Origin: Chrysomallon squamiferum | Taxonomy: Eukaryota > Animalia > Mollusca | NCBI GenBank assembly: GCA_012295275.1 | Contig: CM022667.1 | Coordinates: forward strand, 21,762,001-21,826,000 | Reading direction: 5' to 3' | DNA length: 64,000 bases | Shown: positions 34,091-50,300 of the stretch, in pieces | Layout: each line of letters opens with the position of its first letter | How positions within the stretch are numbered: position 1 is the first letter of the stretch | Translations under genes and position numbers: made by a program | Notes under the pieces: generated by a model | Seen by the model: only the letters and a program-made list of their open reading frames with translations | Database searches by the model: none | What the model was told of the DNA's origin: nothing

Positions 34091-36990
34091 TTATTGAAGT
34101 TTTTAAGCTGACTTATGTTATGATTAGGACAAATTATTATTAGTAGTAGACAATGATTATAATAAACAGTTAATAAATAATTAATTAATAAAATCTTAGT
34201 TTTGTTTATTTTTTCATTTCATATCGGTAGTTACTGAATCTATAATATATTAACATTTTATACAATTACATTTGTCCAAATATTCAAATTTAATCGTTCT
34301 GTTATTTACCTTACAAATGTACTTATCAGTTAGTAAAGTGTGTATCTTGTAGCAAATATTTAGTAAAGTGTTTGTATCTGAAATACTTAAAACATCTTTT
34401 CTCTTCTCAGTATTTTACTCTACTAGAATCACAATAACGTGCATACTTGCTTATGCATTCTCAAGGTCACTTGTTGTTGTAATTGGGTTAACTATTCATG
34501 ATTTTTTCTTCTTCATTTGTACCGAGACCCGATACTTTTAAATTACTGCGATCATATACAGTGGGTTTTTGGTTGTTGTTGTTCGCCTTTTTGTGTTTTA
34601 TTTTTTTAATTTTTTTTTATAAACATTTGTTTTTATTTATTTTTTTTTTTTTTTTTTTGAGGGGAGGTCGGTTTTTTGGGGTGGTTTTTTTTTTTTTTTT
34701 TTTTTTAAATTATTCCAAGAATTGACCTGAATAACTAGTTATTATTTATTTATTTATTTATTTTGTTTATTTTTTGTTGAATTTTCCATTAAATGTCCGC
34801 AGTTATGTTCAGTATGTATATCGTTCTGGGACATCAGCCCCATACAGCACTTTGACAACAGCATCAACAATATTCCGTACAGTTCTAATTTTATTTATAT
34901 TCGAAACATCAAAGATGTTTATTCACTTTTGTACACAGCTGGTTTAAGCTATGATTCTGAATGTTTAGCTGTGTTATTTACTTTTTCTGATTATTTTAGA
35001 TTTTGCAGGTTATTGTTTCAAGGGTCAGGACAAGGAGGTTGATAATTTCTGTAATGTCTTTTATTGCCTGCTGTTTAATTTCATTGTTTGTTGTAGTTCT
35101 GATTAATGTTAATTATTCTATAAATAAAATTCATATTGGCCAGGGCTGTTTCTTGCAATACTTCTTCTTTATGGTAGATTCTGGGAAAACTAAGTAAAGG
35201 TTATTTGATGTTTCACTGCTCCTTGTCCAAGGTTTGTTTTTAGATCGCTGCTATTTTCCCCGATGAATTATGGTCTTTTTCTGCTTTTTCGAAACATTGA
35301 AATGTTTTTATTTATTTTACCGGGGTCTAGGGCTAAAAACATGTATCTTTTGGTGGTGTTGTTATTCTTAATAAATGCAAAACTTACAGACTCTTACGTT
35401 AATGGTTTTACCACTCACATATTCAAATGATGCTTAATATGCCCAAGTGCACTGAAATTCACTAAAATCTCCAGATCTAAGTAAACCAGGACGTGGCTGG
35501 TCTTTCTCATGTTGTAATACTCGTTATCAAACATACTCTAAATTGACATGATGTACCAAGCATTGATTGACAGCTGAAATATAGCCAGTGATATTCATGT
35601 TCTACAACATGGAGTGATTACCAAATGTAGCAGAAGAAATTACCTGCACCCTGCTTTCCCTCTAAATAAACACACACAGGAAAATTAAAAAAAAAGGGAA
35701 ATATGACAAAATAATACGACAAATTTCGAGTCACAGAAAGTACAATGTAGTACGATTTATTTGAACCTTGTTTCATTTTCAAGATATAACCAGTTTTTGT
35801 TTTTTATTTCTAAAATGGAAATGTTTCTATGGTTATAATTTTGTATTTATATAAGTAGTTATATAATAAGATTCAGTGTGGATATAAAATATGTACCTTT
35901 ATTACTAAGGACCGATTTTAGCCAATAATAATGTATAGGAAGATGATAATGCCATTTGGTTGACATGTTCTCTCTATTTTCTTCTCTTTTTTTTGGATAA
36001 GTATACCAATAACGGAAATAGGTACATCTAATATAATTGTATTAAATTAGAATATATTTCTGAAGTACGTAATGAAAATCGTAATGTTCGAATGCATAAA
36101 TTCTAAATCAGAAGACTTTGAAATATTCTTATATTTTTAAAACTTATGAAATTAAATTAATGCATTTGATCATACGTTAACTTTTACTAAAATTACATTT
36201 TGTGTGATGAGATGAATATCTGTGAAAAAATGGATTTAACATTGGACACCATTTTAAGAAGAAGAAAGGAACAGAATTTTGATTCTCTTGGCTCTTTTAA
36301 TAAAATATTAATAAAGCTCTGATACAACACAATTATGTAAAGTGAACACCATTGCTTCTTAATTTAGTCTATATTATTTTCAGTATACATTTAATAAAAT
36401 CTTATTAATATTTCACTATGTCAGATTACATAATATTTTTCATGTAGGCACACTCAAACACACACACAGTAACTGTAATATTACAGTTTGTTATAAAACT
36501 GTCAGATTATTTTTACTTATGTTGAAAAACTGGCAATTTGTTGTCACAGTAGAGTATTGTAACTGGTAATATCAGTGTATAAATATATCATCATCAAATG
36601 ATTGCAAGGTTAAGATTTACCAGATTATAACTCAGTGTCCTGGCATATTTTCAGATTATTGTTCAATGCATTTTTATATCACTTCAGATTAGAACTTGTA
36701 ATTTCAATACCATGTTGGATTATCATTCAGAATAGTGCTACACTTCACATCTCACATTATGATCATCTTCCAGGGTGAGGTTACAGTATTTCAAATATAA
36801 CAGCTGCATATTCTCAAATTATAACATCTATGTCAAAACATTCTCAAATTATAATAGTTATATTATTACATATCCTGAAATTATAACAGTTTTTAATAAC
36901 ACATTCTCGAGTTATAACAGATATGTTATAACATATTCTGAATTGTAAGGGCTATGTAACAGTGTGTAACAAGACAGAAGACTGAAAATC

Positions 36991-39900
36991 TCATCTCCTC
37001 TGAGCTGTTGCTCGTTTTCCAGTTTGCTGTTTCCTAACAAATGAAAAAAACAATTACATTTTAATGTTCTACCTGTCAATTTTATTTTCTTATAATGTTT
37101 ATCCAAAAATAATTATTTATTGTAAAATAAATTAATAAAACTTTAACCATAATTATTTATGTTTATCTATCTGTCAGCACCCCATTCTAAACACACATGA
37201 TATTGGTAATTTGTTTTAGCTTTTAAAATTATCTTTAATTTTGCATATTTAATTCAGCGAACATATTTAGATGGTATTGGTATTTTTATTTTTATCTATT
37301 TATTTTCTTTTGTGTGTTTGTTGCTGTGTTTGTTTTAACTGGTAATGATAATATATTGTGCTTATCTGTTCTTTGTTATTACCTTGCCTTTTTCCTAGTC
37401 TCAAGATCATTTAGCAGTTTCTGTTCTGTTTCCATCAGCAGTTGCTTAGTTTTATCAGTAACCCGCCTGGTGTCAAGATTGTCTGACCAAGTGACATAAA
37501 CACTGCGTAAATCTTCCATTATTTTGAACAAACGCATTTCTTCCTCCATCTACAGAAAATAAACACTCATTTGTAATTTATTTTAATTAATCTGATTTAA
37601 TTTCATTAGTTTTAAATGTTAAAACAAATATAATTTACTCTTTTTTTCTTTTTAATTAATAAAAAGTTATTTAATAATAAAGCATTTTAAACCAGGTTTG
37701 AATATACCACAAGAATTTTAATTTTTTAATTTAAAAAAAAAAAGAAGTATTTATTAGATTGAGGAGTAGGTCTGTTTGCATACCACAAGTATGACACTAG
37801 TTACATTCAGACTGAATACTGGATACATGTAGAATTAAATAGAAAATTAATTATCATTGGCAGGCAAGCTTAGGTTCTGGTTCATATAGCAAAAACAGAA
37901 GTGTGACGCTTTAGTGTATGTAAGATTTCATAATTTCAAATAGTTGATAATATTACTTTCTCTGTCACTGTAAATAGCATATACAAATAAATAGCAGACA
38001 GCTTGTCAATATCAGTTACTTGACTATACAAAAAGTTGTCACACTATTTAAATTGCATACAGTTTGTCAGTAATACACTGCATGCCAGTCTACACAAAGT
38101 GTCTGAACCATGTAAGTTCACCTTTGGGTTTGTGATGGAGACATGGATCAGAAGGGAAGACAACTCCTGATGCTCACTATAAGAATTATTCAAAGGAACG
38201 CTTCGAAAACCTGAAATTATAATTAAAACCTTATTCTGAAAACCTTATTTATTTGGTAATTTTGTATAATTAATATGTATGATTAATATGTGATTTTCTA
38301 TATATATAACAAAATAATATAATGAACTTTAAAAATACTGTTTTTGAAGTCAACCATTCCTCCTTTTTTATTATTTTTTATTACACAATATTCATAAGCT
38401 GAAAGGAAAATATTTTACCTTTCTATAAAAATAATTGCATTTTTGCATCCATAAGACTTATAAATTAGTATTAAATAATAATAATCATAATGTTTACCCT
38501 CTCTCAGTCCAAGCACAGGAAAAGTGGCTTGCAACAAAGTCTCTTGAAAGAACGCTTCATCATGAATTTCAAATCGGACTAATGCCAAATCAGGTAGTGT
38601 GATGTCAAAAATAAATTCCTGATCGTTCCACACCGGGTTCAGCCCATTTACAACTTTTACAAGAAAATATTAACATTAATTATTAATTTTGCCATGTCAG
38701 ACATATTTGTTGAAACTATTATAAGAATACTGGTGATGTGAATATGCTGAAATATAAACTTATGTGAAAATACATGAATGAGAAAATTACTTAATATTTT
38801 GTGATTATTATTTTGTATTTTATAAAATTTCATTTTTTGATTTAACATTATTGTGGTGCTGAACAAACCATTAGTTGCTGCTGTTCTGACAGACTGGTTG
38901 TCAAGGTCAAGGCCGTGTATGTTAATAACAACAAATGGACATCCTGTAGCTCGTCCTCGTATGTCAGAACTGATGTGGCGACCTGCAATAATCTAAAAAT
39001 AAAATCTGTTTTAAGTTTCTTCTTTTAGAAAAGACTGTATTTATTCTGTTTTATTATTTATTTATTTTTTTATTTTTTTAAATTTTTTTAGCATTTATTA
39101 TATTATGCTGCTAAATACTGCAACACTTTGATTTGAAAATTATGTTTGTAAAAGTATGTATTTAATTTTTGTTTGTTTTTGTTTTTCTTTATAAATATCT
39201 TATATAAAATACAGATATGATCTTCAATTGTGAAATTCTATATAGTTCATAACTGTTTTAATTATTAAATTGTTTTATAATACTTTTACCCTGACAGTTA
39301 GTACCATGGGCTGGACTTCATCCAGATGTGATACATTAAAAGGTGAGAAGTTGGCTTTACGCATACATGTTGGTTTTAAGATATAACCATTTCTGAAACA
39401 GAGCAGCACTTACTTGAGTGTAAATACAAGAACATAACCAAATCAAATAATAATAATAAAAAATAAAGTTAATTAATTAATTAATTAATTAATAAAATAA
39501 AATAAAATAATTTTTTTTTTTTCTTTACTTCTTTTATTATATATTTTTATTCCTTTCCTAACTGTGTCTTTTAATAAAATATGTGAATTTAGATAAATGA
39601 ATATATTTACTTCATAAAACAAGAATAAAAATATTAATAATCTATAAACTTGTACTATGATGGTCTGTAATTAAGTTAATGAACTCAGTCAGTTTTACAC
39701 AACTGAGTTGAATATGATCCCAATCCCAATATTTTTCACAAACTATTATATAAACTTAATAATAATTTGTGTTTACAAACACCATCTACAGTCATATCTC
39801 ATCAAAAGCAGTTTAATTACTTAATAATATCTACAAATTTCATTATTCAACTCATTCAGATACTTTGTATCACTGATAGCTGAGTTTTAATTAATTAACA

Positions 39901-42900
39901 AATTAAAAAAATTAACATCGTCCTCATTTAACTGATAAACTTTTTCAGAAAGAAAAGTACAAGTATTAGTTAATGTCACTACCTGCCATTTCTAAGAAAA
40001 TGAGCCTGATTCAGCTGCATGGGTATGTCAGGTGTTTGGTAGTTGAGTGCCACCATTTGACAACCGCAGGCCCACACCATCATAGGGTCATAGTTATCAG
40101 ACATGACTCGTGTGAACTTGGGGTATACTCGACTTAGCTGGTAACAGTTGTAACTGACTCGTTAAGGAGTTCATCAGTCTTTGTGTATGTAACATTCATA
40201 ACACTCACAACACACATAACTATTCAAAGAATTTGACAAATCTATATATTAGTATAAAAAAGTTAACTTTTTTTTAACATCTTACATTTTCCAACTGATA
40301 TTAATTTAACCAAGACGTCTCAGACAAAAGAAAGTAAATATATATTTTAATTTATGGTGTGTCATTTGAACATTTTATTTATTTTTTAGATATTTTTACT
40401 TGAGAGATGTGTTCCATAACTATAATCAAAATAATTTTCTAAAATGCATTTTATAAAAAAAAAAAAAAAAAAAATTGTTTTTAGTTTCAAAAATAAGTTT
40501 CTGAACTTGGTTGTGAAATGCCAGTGTGTTTAAACATGTTACTTGAGTAATGACAGTGTATCTAGCACTGATACCAGTGAGCTTCTAATTCACAGTCAAC
40601 AGATACTGATATAGTGCGTTGCTAAAACAAAATAAAGGATACTTGGTGATAGTCTGGACTCTGTCCTTGGTGATGTATTCACGGATTGTTTTCTCAGAGA
40701 ATGATGACATCTGGTAGTGTTTTCCAGGAATATCTGAAATCATAACAACAATCTTCAACTGTTCTTTCTAGACAAAGAATACACCAGTTCCACAATTTAC
40801 AGACAAACATATTCACTTATTTGATCCATTAATCTCTGAACAAATAAAACAAGCTTAACATAGTTTTGGATATACAGTAATTCAGTTTCAGTGATTAGAA
40901 GTTTGTGACAGACTTACTTTCTGGTACAAAGGGAACAGCTTCACAGTATATGACAAGATTAGACAACTCTTTAGCTCGCTTCTGTTGGGTTTCTGCAGCT
41001 GACTGTTTCCGTGTCTGTCACAAGAACAATGACTCTGAATCATTACTGATCGCTAAGTCTTGTAAATAATCATTTTATTTGTGCTAAATAATAATTATCA
41101 TATTTTTCTCATCAACATCAGAATGGTATCATCATTATTTTTACCATTATCCACTAAATTTTACTTTATTCACAATTTAATTTCATTTATATCATATTAA
41201 TATTATCATTATTATCATTATTTTTACCTTTATTATTATCATGTTATCATCATCATTATTATTATATTAATGTCATATTATTGTTATTAACTGACCTCTT
41301 TTGTGTATACTGCTGTTGTGTCCATAATTGCTTCAATCCATTCTTTGAGATCATCTCTTGTTTCACATGACAACAACAAAGGCTGAATACTTTCACTGTT
41401 GTGTAACTTGAACACAAACATCTGATCATCATATCTCTGTGTTGGCTCTGTCATAACAACATTAATATATATTCTGCTACTAATTATATCAATAAAAACA
41501 ACATCAACAATAATAACAATGATTAACAGAGGACATTAGGCTTCTGTGTTCCTCTTTGGCAGATCAGCTGCATTTGTAAATAAACTGTTTGTTGTAATAT
41601 ATTAATAGAAGTCACATTTATCTGCAATAAAACAGAATATATTAACAAAACAACATTTCAAGCACAATGTGACACAGATATAATTAAACCAGAATTATCT
41701 GTGTTGCTTTCTTTTCCAATTATTTTTCACAGATATAAAATTAGTCACAAGTTACTCACCTACTCTACAATTTTCCAGAGCAAATACGTGTGTACTTGTG
41801 TCTGAAGATGTTTCCGATTCAATAACCTCTACGTAGTTGGCAGGAAAATACATTTGTTTTTGTTCTCCATGGTCTCCCACCCACCTAAAAAACAAAAACA
41901 AAGGACATTTTATATTCTTTAGAAATGTATAATGTGGGTGGTTGTCAATGGTCCAGTCATATGACATTGGCTAGAATAGGAAAACAAACAATGAATCAAA
42001 AAAAATTGAAGACAAATATCAAAACCAATAAAAATATCCGATTATGAAAAGCTCACGATTTTGTACTAAATTATTATAATATAAATAACATTAACAATAT
42101 CTCCAACCATCACATATATTTCTTCTAAGAAAAAAGTATCTTGTTGATTTTACACAATATTTATTTTCAAAAATCATCTGTTTAGAAGTATTTATGATTT
42201 TTAAAAGTATTAATGTTTTGGAAAATACTTTCTACAAACCATGACTGGTCATCCTGAAACACATTGGTTATGATTGCACCTCTCTTGAAGGACAGCTGGT
42301 CACTCTCCTGTGCATGGAAGTCATACAGTGCTCGAACACAAACCTGATTTCACAGAATTCAAAAAACAAATGTCATGAGATAACATACACATTATCAACA
42401 TAATTTAAATCTTTTAGTTAATTTAATACTTCAGTAAAATCATTAAGAATCATAGTCTTAAAAAATTTACATTAACAATGTTTCAAAATGATTACACTGG
42501 AATTGGGTATGAGGAAATTATTCATGATTTAAAAAGGGGGTCACCTACACTGTGAGCTGTAGATAATGATATTATTTATGTATTTGTTAATATGTTAAAT
42601 GTTTTTTAAGAAGTAACATGTTTTAGACGTTTTAGATATGACATACTGTGGGTCGAGAGGTTGGGCTGTTCACTTCGCAGTACATATTGCTGTCATATAT
42701 CAGACATTCCTGAAATAATAATAATAATCAAATAATAATGCAGTGATAATAATAATAATAATAATAAAGCAATGATAAAATTAAATAATAATAATCATAA
42801 TTAAAAATAACAATAACAGTAAAAAACTAAAATAATCACGATAATAACAATAAATAATAGTAATATTAAACACAATAAATAAATTGATTAAGTAGAAAAT

Positions 42901-43905
42901 CTGAGACTTCCCATCCCTTTCCTGCCATGTGCAGTTTTGTGTGTTTGACTATTTCTCTTTTCTCACATAAACAATTATAAAGGAAACAGTCTGAAAATTT
43001 ACTTCTGATTATCAGGTATTTTGAATGAAAAAAAAAGTTAAGTTATTCTACAGCCTGGTGTGAAGCTGATGGTTAAAACATGAGAGAAAACACTATTTCA
43101 CAAAATCTGACCTCATCAATTTCACTTGTAACCAGTGACTGTTCAGCAGGCTTTCCCAGCTTCATTCTCTTGTACAGAGGACATTTCTGAAAATATTCTA
43201 CCAGCTTTGTTAGAGACACAAATCTATATGAGCCAATTTCATAGAAATGACCTGGTTTGTTGATGCGAAAATGACAAATTGTTCGATGGTATCTAGCCAG
43301 ATAAAAGAATAGGTAAGTTTTTAATTCTTCTCACTATTATATTGCTGTTAATAAATGAAACAAGCAAACATCAAAAAATTTAATTAACTTTTTCAGATTT
43401 TTACAAAAATAATATCAATAATGAAAAGAAGAATAAAAAGTAAAATCCTACTAAAAAGTAAAAGTATAAAGTATAGTTTATAATAAAAAGCTGACTCTCT
43501 CTTTCTCTCTCTTTTTTCAATATATATAATATTATGTATTGATTAACAATGCATATCAGAAAAACCTGGTAATATTTTCTTATAAAAGAGAAAATAAAAG
43601 AATTAAAAAGTAAAACCTGAAAGACAAAGAGTATGCTCCTGTCTCTGAACAACGGATGAGAAATCGGCCATCTTCTGGAATTGATGACAGGATCAGTTCC
43701 GCTTTCTTCCGACTGCAGTTTCGAAAAAACCATCTGAAATTCAGACAGGCCACATTTGTAAATCTGATATCTAAACATGTAACTGTGGTATGTCTGTGTA
43801 TATATTAGTGTGTATGCATATGTATTTATATATATATATAAATACATATATATTTTTAGGAATGTATATTTATGTATTTTGATGTGTTTGTATGTCTGTG
43901 TGTGT

Positions 43906-43953
<48 letters not shown>

Positions 43954-46900
43954 AAAACATTTTGATTGTTATTATGTTGGTAATATTAACAAACCAGGGT
44001 GTAAAAGATTTCTGTCTTATATATGCATGAAAAGTTTACATAATTATGTTAAATATGCAGTATGATACATGTTAAATTGATTTTTTATCAAGAAGTCAAC
44101 TTTGCCTGTTAATAATCAGGTTGTGTTCAGGCTCCAAGTGAGGCATAACACAGAAAGCAAGGAAGTGAGGATAAACTTAGAAGAAGATGATTATGTTAAG
44201 AGACCAGCTAATTTAGAAATAAAAATGAACAGAAGAAAAGCAGATATGAAAATCATTGATGCTGTCTCACATGAACACATATACACATATGTAACAAAAC
44301 AAAAAGACAAAGTAGGAAAAACTTACGGTTGATCTATGAGTTTTATGACAGGGTGTGACAGTTTGACCTGAATGTTTGGGAAGTGGATAGGGTGTTCAGT
44401 GTAATACTGGATGAGATCTGATATTGTGTTGAAAGTCTCAGTTTCTCCCAGAGTGTACCGCCCATCATCTGTCTCCTTAATACGACAGTGATTCACTTTG
44501 TTATTGAATCTACAAAATATAATTATTGGTTTATTATTCAATAAATTATCATGGTTCAATATGTCAATTTATGCATTTTTAAAAAGTTTACTATTCATTA
44601 TTTATATGTTAATCAGATTCTTTTTGCAGAACTTCTTTGCAACCTTATATAACCAGTGTGATTATTTATTTTCACTTTTTACAGTATTATATGACGTACA
44701 TAAAAGAAAGCGTGTATCCTGGTCCATTGCCTCGGTTTCGAACCAGGTATGTTCCATCTCCTGTGTAGTTGGTCAGAAGAAGTTCATCTGCTTGTTTCTT
44801 TCCATTAGCCAGATCCCCATGATACCATGACTCAGCTTCCAGATATTCCTCATCACTGTCCACAACCTGTACATATACACAGTATATACTTTCACTATTA
44901 CACAGTGTCTACTTTCACTATGACACTGTGTCAACTTTCACTATTAAACAGTGTCTACTTTCACTATGACACAGTGTCTACTTTCACTATTAAACAGTGT
45001 CTACTTTCACTATGACACTGTGTCAACTTTCACTATTAAAGTGTCTACTTTCACTATTAAACAGTGCCTACTTTCACTATGACACTGTGTCAACTTTCAC
45101 TATTAAAGTGTCTACTTTCACTATTAAACAGTGCCTACTTTCACTATGACAGTGTCTACTTTCACTATTAAACAGTGTCTACTTTCACTATGACACTGTG
45201 TCAACTTTCACTATTAAAGTGTCTACTTTCACTATTAAACAGTGCCTACTTTCACTATGACAGTGTCTACTTTCACTATTACAGTGTATACTTTCACTAT
45301 TAGTGTGTAATTTCACTATTATACAGTGTCTACTTTCACTATGACACAGTGTCTACTTTCACTATTACACAGTACACTTTCACTATGACAGTATATACTT
45401 TCACTATTACAGTGTCTACTTTCACTATTTCACAGTATATACTTTCACTATTACAGTGTCTACTTTCACTATTACAGTGTATACTTTCACTATTACACAA
45501 GTGCATAATTTCATTATTACACAATGTATCCTTTCACTATTACACAGTGTATACTTTCACTATTAGTGTATACTTTCACTATTACACAGTGTATACTTTC
45601 ACTATTACACAGTGCATCCTTTCACTATTACACAGTGCATACTTTCACTATTATACAGTGCATAATTTCACTATTACACAGTGCATAATTTCACTATTAC
45701 ACAATGTATCCTTTCACTATTACACAGTGTATACTTTCACTATTATACAGTGCATAATTTCACTATTACACAATGTATCCTTTCACTATTACACAGTGTA
45801 TACTTTCACTATTAGTGTATACTTTCACTATTACAGTGTATACTTTCACTATTACACAGTGTATACTTTCACTATTACACAATGTATAATTTCACTATTA
45901 CACAGTGTTTACTTTCACTATTACAGTGTATACTTTCACTATTACACAATGTGTAATTTCACTATTATACAGTGTCTACTTTCACTATGACACAGTGTCT
46001 ACTTTCACTAATACACAGTGTATACTTTCACTATTACACAGTACATACTTTCACTATGACACAGTATATACTTTCACTATTACACAGTGTCTACTTTCAC
46101 TATGACACAGTGTATACTTTCACTATGACACAGTGTATACTTTTACTATTTCACAGTATATACTTTCACTATTACAGTGTCTACTTTCACTATTACAGTG
46201 TATACTTTCACTATTACACAGTGCATAATTTCACTATTACACAATGTATCCTTTCACTATTACACAGTGTATACTTTCACTATTACACAGTGTATACTAT
46301 CACTATTACACAATGTATAATTTCACTATTACACAGTGTTTACTTTCACTATTACAGTGTATACTTTCATTATTACACAATGTATAATTTCACTATTACA
46401 CAATGTATACTTTCACTATTACACAGTGTATACATTCACTATGACAAAGTGTAAACTTTCACTATTACACAGTGTATATTTGTATTTGATAAATTTAATT
46501 AAAATTTTGAGCTGGTAAATTCTTATTTGACATGTATCACAATTCAGATAAAGACAGACCTCATATTCAACTGGTTCATCCTCTTCCATTTCTTCTATTG
46601 CTTCTTGCTGTGTGTAGATCAGCTCTGATTCTGTCAATACAAATGTATAAGGTGTCCATACTGGAGATGTCTGAAATAAAGAAGTAAAAGATAATTAGTG
46701 TCTTCAAAGAGCTCAGAAGGTATGTATGTGTTGGTGTGAGTGTGTGTAACACAAATGTGAAAAAGAAAAAACAATTATGATTCTTGCCTGCAGTAATTCT
46801 TCATTGTATAGTTGTTGGGTTTTTTGGAGGGGGAGTGTATTTAAATTTATTTTACAGAGCTGTAAATATTAATGATAACAAAAAAATTATTTCTCCTTTT

Positions 46901-47352
46901 TTTAATCTTTATTAATTAAAAAAGAAAAGAAAGAAGAATAAAAAAGAATTAATAAAAGAATAAAAATGTATGTATTTTAATTAAATAACATATAAATGTT
47001 TACAGTAATATAAACAAGCAAACAAAAAGAAGATAAATCTCACTTTGTGACCTGATTCTAAAATACACATGATTCCACTTTTCACAACACCACCGCCTAA
47101 ACAAAATATAAAAAATACTTTAACAATCACTATAATTAATACCTACATAAGAAAAAGAAAATAAAGAAATTAAAAGGAACAAAAACAAAAAAAATAGGAA
47201 TAATTTTAGTCTGAATCCAAATACCATTACATACAAAACAAATTCCTATATAAACATTTTTTATTTCTATTTTCTACTTGTTAGGTTATATCCTGTTTCA
47301 ACAATGTGACTGTTTATCAAAGAGCATAATATACATTTGTCTGACTAAGGGA

Positions 47353-47392
<40 letters not shown>

Positions 47393-50300
47393 GTGTCCGT
47401 GTGTGTGTGTGTGGGTGTCCGTGTGTGTGTGGGTGTAGGTCAGTGTTAGTTGTGAAGTATGAGGAAGGTAAAACATTAAAACGATCAATAAAAACAAAAT
47501 ACTGTCCATGTGTGTGTGGGGGGGTGTGTGTCAGTGTATGGGTGTGGGTGTGTGTCTGTGTGTGTGTGTGTGTGTTAGTGTGTGTGTGTGGGTGTGTGTC
47601 AGTGTGTGGGTGTGGGGGTATGTGTCAGTGTGTATGTGTGTGTGGGTGTTGTGTGTGTGTCAGTGTTAGTTGTGAAGTGAAATATGAGGAAGGTAAAACA
47701 TTAAAACTATTAATAAAAACAAAATACTGTCTGTGTGTGGGTGTGTGTGGGTGTGTGGGTGTGGGTGTGGGTGTGGGTGTGTGTTGTGTGTGTGTGTGGG
47801 TGTGTGTCAGTGTTAGTTGTGAAGTATGAGAAAGGTAAAACATTAAAATGATCAATAAAACAAAATACTCACTGCGACTGCTACGGCTGTTGTCCTGAAG
47901 TTTTTTGTCCTAATTAAAGATATGAAAATAAACAATAATAAGTATATATAATTATTGTATTATAATTAGTGTTTGCTAATTATCTATTTACAACCAAATT
48001 CTTATTTCTCATAAACTAATTTTGTCATAAATGTTATGCATTTGTAATTTGTTTTGCCATTCCTTAATTTACATGAACATTTGAACATCCCAAAGTGTCA
48101 ACCACTAAAGAAAATATGTTATCTTTCCAGACCTTGATTAATATTTTTCTTTTCAGTCTTGCTGGGGATGGCAGTTGCTTCTCATTAACATCTAAACATT
48201 CCTGGAGCAAATCATCTAAAACAGGAAATTTTACAGCATTTTAATATATTTTCCATTTTATATTTTTTTAATCTGACATTATCTTATCAGGATTGGAATT
48301 TATAAGGAAACAACTAAAACACTTGGCCAAAATTATATTACAGTTCTTCACTTTATCATAAATGTAAAAGGATATACATATTTTTGAATGATAAAATTTA
48401 ACTGTACGTTTATACATATATATATATATATATAATAATTAAAAAAAAAAAAAAATGTTTTTAATTAAAACTAGCTAAGAACTAAATTGCAAAGTCAGAA
48501 GATGTAGTCAGAAAATATTACCTACCTTTAAATGTATTTTTCAGTTCCTGGGCAAAAAATCTTTGTTGTTCAAGACAGAGATGATTTTCTATTGATAATA
48601 TCAGTGGGTAACTGAAAAAAAACAAATAATAATTCATATACAGACAGCAGCCTGTGCTACCATACAAGATTACCAATCCTGGCCTATGTAAGCTTGACAA
48701 TGCAAGATTACCAACACTAGACTACTCAAATTATCAATTATGGACTCTGCAAGATTACCAAAGCTGACAATGCAAGGTTACCAGTATTGCATTATAATAT
48801 TTGCTACCATTAAAACCACCACCATTACTATTACTATTACTACCACTACTCTACTAATTTATACTATAATTACTACTAATAATAAAAAGTTAGAACTACT
48901 AGTAGTACAACAAGTAACAGCTAATTAAAAATAAGAATGTTGTATAAACTTACTCCGATGTGACCCAAGCATGTTCTTTGATTGTCTTGAGAACCTTTGT
49001 AACTTTGACACTTGATGTTAAACCTCGCTTGCCATGTTTTATATCAGGGATTCCATCCGGACCATCCCAGCAGTCCACTGAAAAAAATCAGTTATAAGGC
49101 AAATTTAAAATAAATAAAAAATATATGACTGCACATGATTGACAAACACATGCATATCAAAATGTTATCATCATTATTAACTGAAATAGCTATAAATATA
49201 TTTTATTTTTTTTATTTTTGTTTTGTTTTATTTGATTGTTGTTGTTTATTCCACAGCTTTAAAAAAAAAAAAAAATCTGCAAACTGATAGTTGTCTGGTT
49301 GTGGTGATAATCAAAACAAATCAATATACATCATTTACTATATATAGGCTGTTCATGACAAACTTTTAAAAACTAGTTTCCAGAGAAATTAATATTTTCA
49401 TTTTCAGGTGAGTCACTGATTGAAGAACCAAGTTTCATCTTGTCACCAAGATGGATGCTGAGAAATAGTTTTCAAATCAAAGCAGACAAACATCCTTGAA
49501 CCTTACTTTCCAACATCGTCATCAAAACTTGTAGACCTAAGATGCTTCTCCATCCTCCTCCACTCAACATTGCTGAGATTTTTTGTTTTTCTTTATTGTT
49601 ATTTATTTATTTATTTATTTATTATTTATTTATATTTTTTAACCTACTCAGGTATGTGCTGAAGTCCAAAACCATTTTCCTTTTGTATTTTTATCGGAAC
49701 TTCTGGAAATGTCTATTGCACGTTCATGGTGATTGTTCAGAACTAGTCTTGAACACATATTGGTGTTCTGGCAGGAACAGTGTGTTTTGAGGACTATTTT
49801 GAAAAACAATTGGCTTTCAAATATTTATTAATATTAGAAAGGATTAACACATGTTGAGACTGTAGAACAGAAATATATATATATTTATATTTCCTGGAAC
49901 AGAATAATGAACTAAAGATCAGGGTGGAAATGTGATTTTACATTACTTTTCCAAACACATCACTTTCTAAACTTCTTAATTTTTGGTTGTCAATTCTAAA
50001 ATTTGCATTGACTCGTGTCCACTGCCAGGAAAGTCAAATAAAAACCTGGTGGGATAATGTCAAGCATCCAGTTTTAAGCACACATTTGCTGTTTATTTTT
50101 TATGAAGTACAATCTTTCTCTTTTTTTTAATTTGAAACAGAAAGTCTGTGGTATTTCCTTTAATAACAATAATAATAATAATAATAATTAATTAATTAAT
50201 TAATTAATTAATTAATTTTTCATGTTCATTATATCAATCTTGATATAAATAAATATATATTTTATTTCGATTAAGCAAACCACTTTTGGTATTTGGAACA

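Noticed and set aside
34770-35400. Possible LINE remnant
   Set aside because: Stops in the frames I read and no RT or endonuclease motif recognised.
45339-46518. ORFs with [10 protein letters not shown] repeats
   Set aside because: Translation of the 21-23-bp intronic minisatellite.
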